64,000 bases of DNA from Trichosphaerium sp. ATCC 40318 (lineage: Eukaryota; Protista; Tubulinea): the NCBI GenBank assembly GCA_038496445.1, contig JALMLS010000455.1:248001-312000 (forward strand), read 5' to 3'. Position 1 is the stretch's first letter. Each line of letters starts with the position of its first letter. The translations under genes were made by a program, and so were the position numbers. Shown piece by piece: positions 63,964 through 64,000 of the stretch. A model generated the notes under the pieces. It did not search any database, had not been told where the DNA came from, and saw nothing but the letters and a program-made list of their open reading frames with translations.

Positions 63964-64000
63964 TGTTTGCGAATTTGTACCGTGTGTTTCTGCCTTAAAT

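Noticed and set aside
1-64000. Non-standard genetic code to explain the short ORFs
   Set aside because: Stops fall inside GT-AG introns; spliced models read through under the standard code and end in TAA, TAG or TGA.

Overview
This is gene-dense, AT-rich eukaryotic nuclear DNA with many short GT-AG introns (mostly ~40-150 nt), so the ORF track shows only exon fragments. I rebuilt gene models by hand from splice sites and phases, and their coordinates are approximate. A talin-type FERM/I-LWEQ region, a LimE-like protein and a Frizzled/Smoothened-like GPCR suggest an amoebozoan (inference). About 25 protein-coding genes are visible, including F-box/LRR, GT23 fucosyltransferase-like, ricin-B lectin, several surface proteins, C2-RasGAP, a Slo/BK-type K+ channel, four Pro/Gln-rich membrane paralogs, F-box-MORN, a LIM protein, MED20, NCBP3 and a hotdog thioesterase. 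Two loci stand out. (1) A ~12.3 kb gene (47605-59940) in which a bacterial-type VIT-vWA...TPR-DUF2135 scaffold is interrupted, apparently in frame, by a permuted talin (rod/I-LWEQ first, two FERM copies after) with an eIF2beta zinc-binding domain between the FERMs. (2) Two paralogs (32585-35517, 44615-47189) made of tandem ~70-aa 'DWY' repeats (6 vs 4) fused to a C-terminal PD-(D/E)xK/Vsr-like nuclease domain, most repeats encoded by an exon pair in constant phase. I could not support any rRNA, tRNA, CRISPR array or transposon. Family assignments come from motif recall, not database searches.
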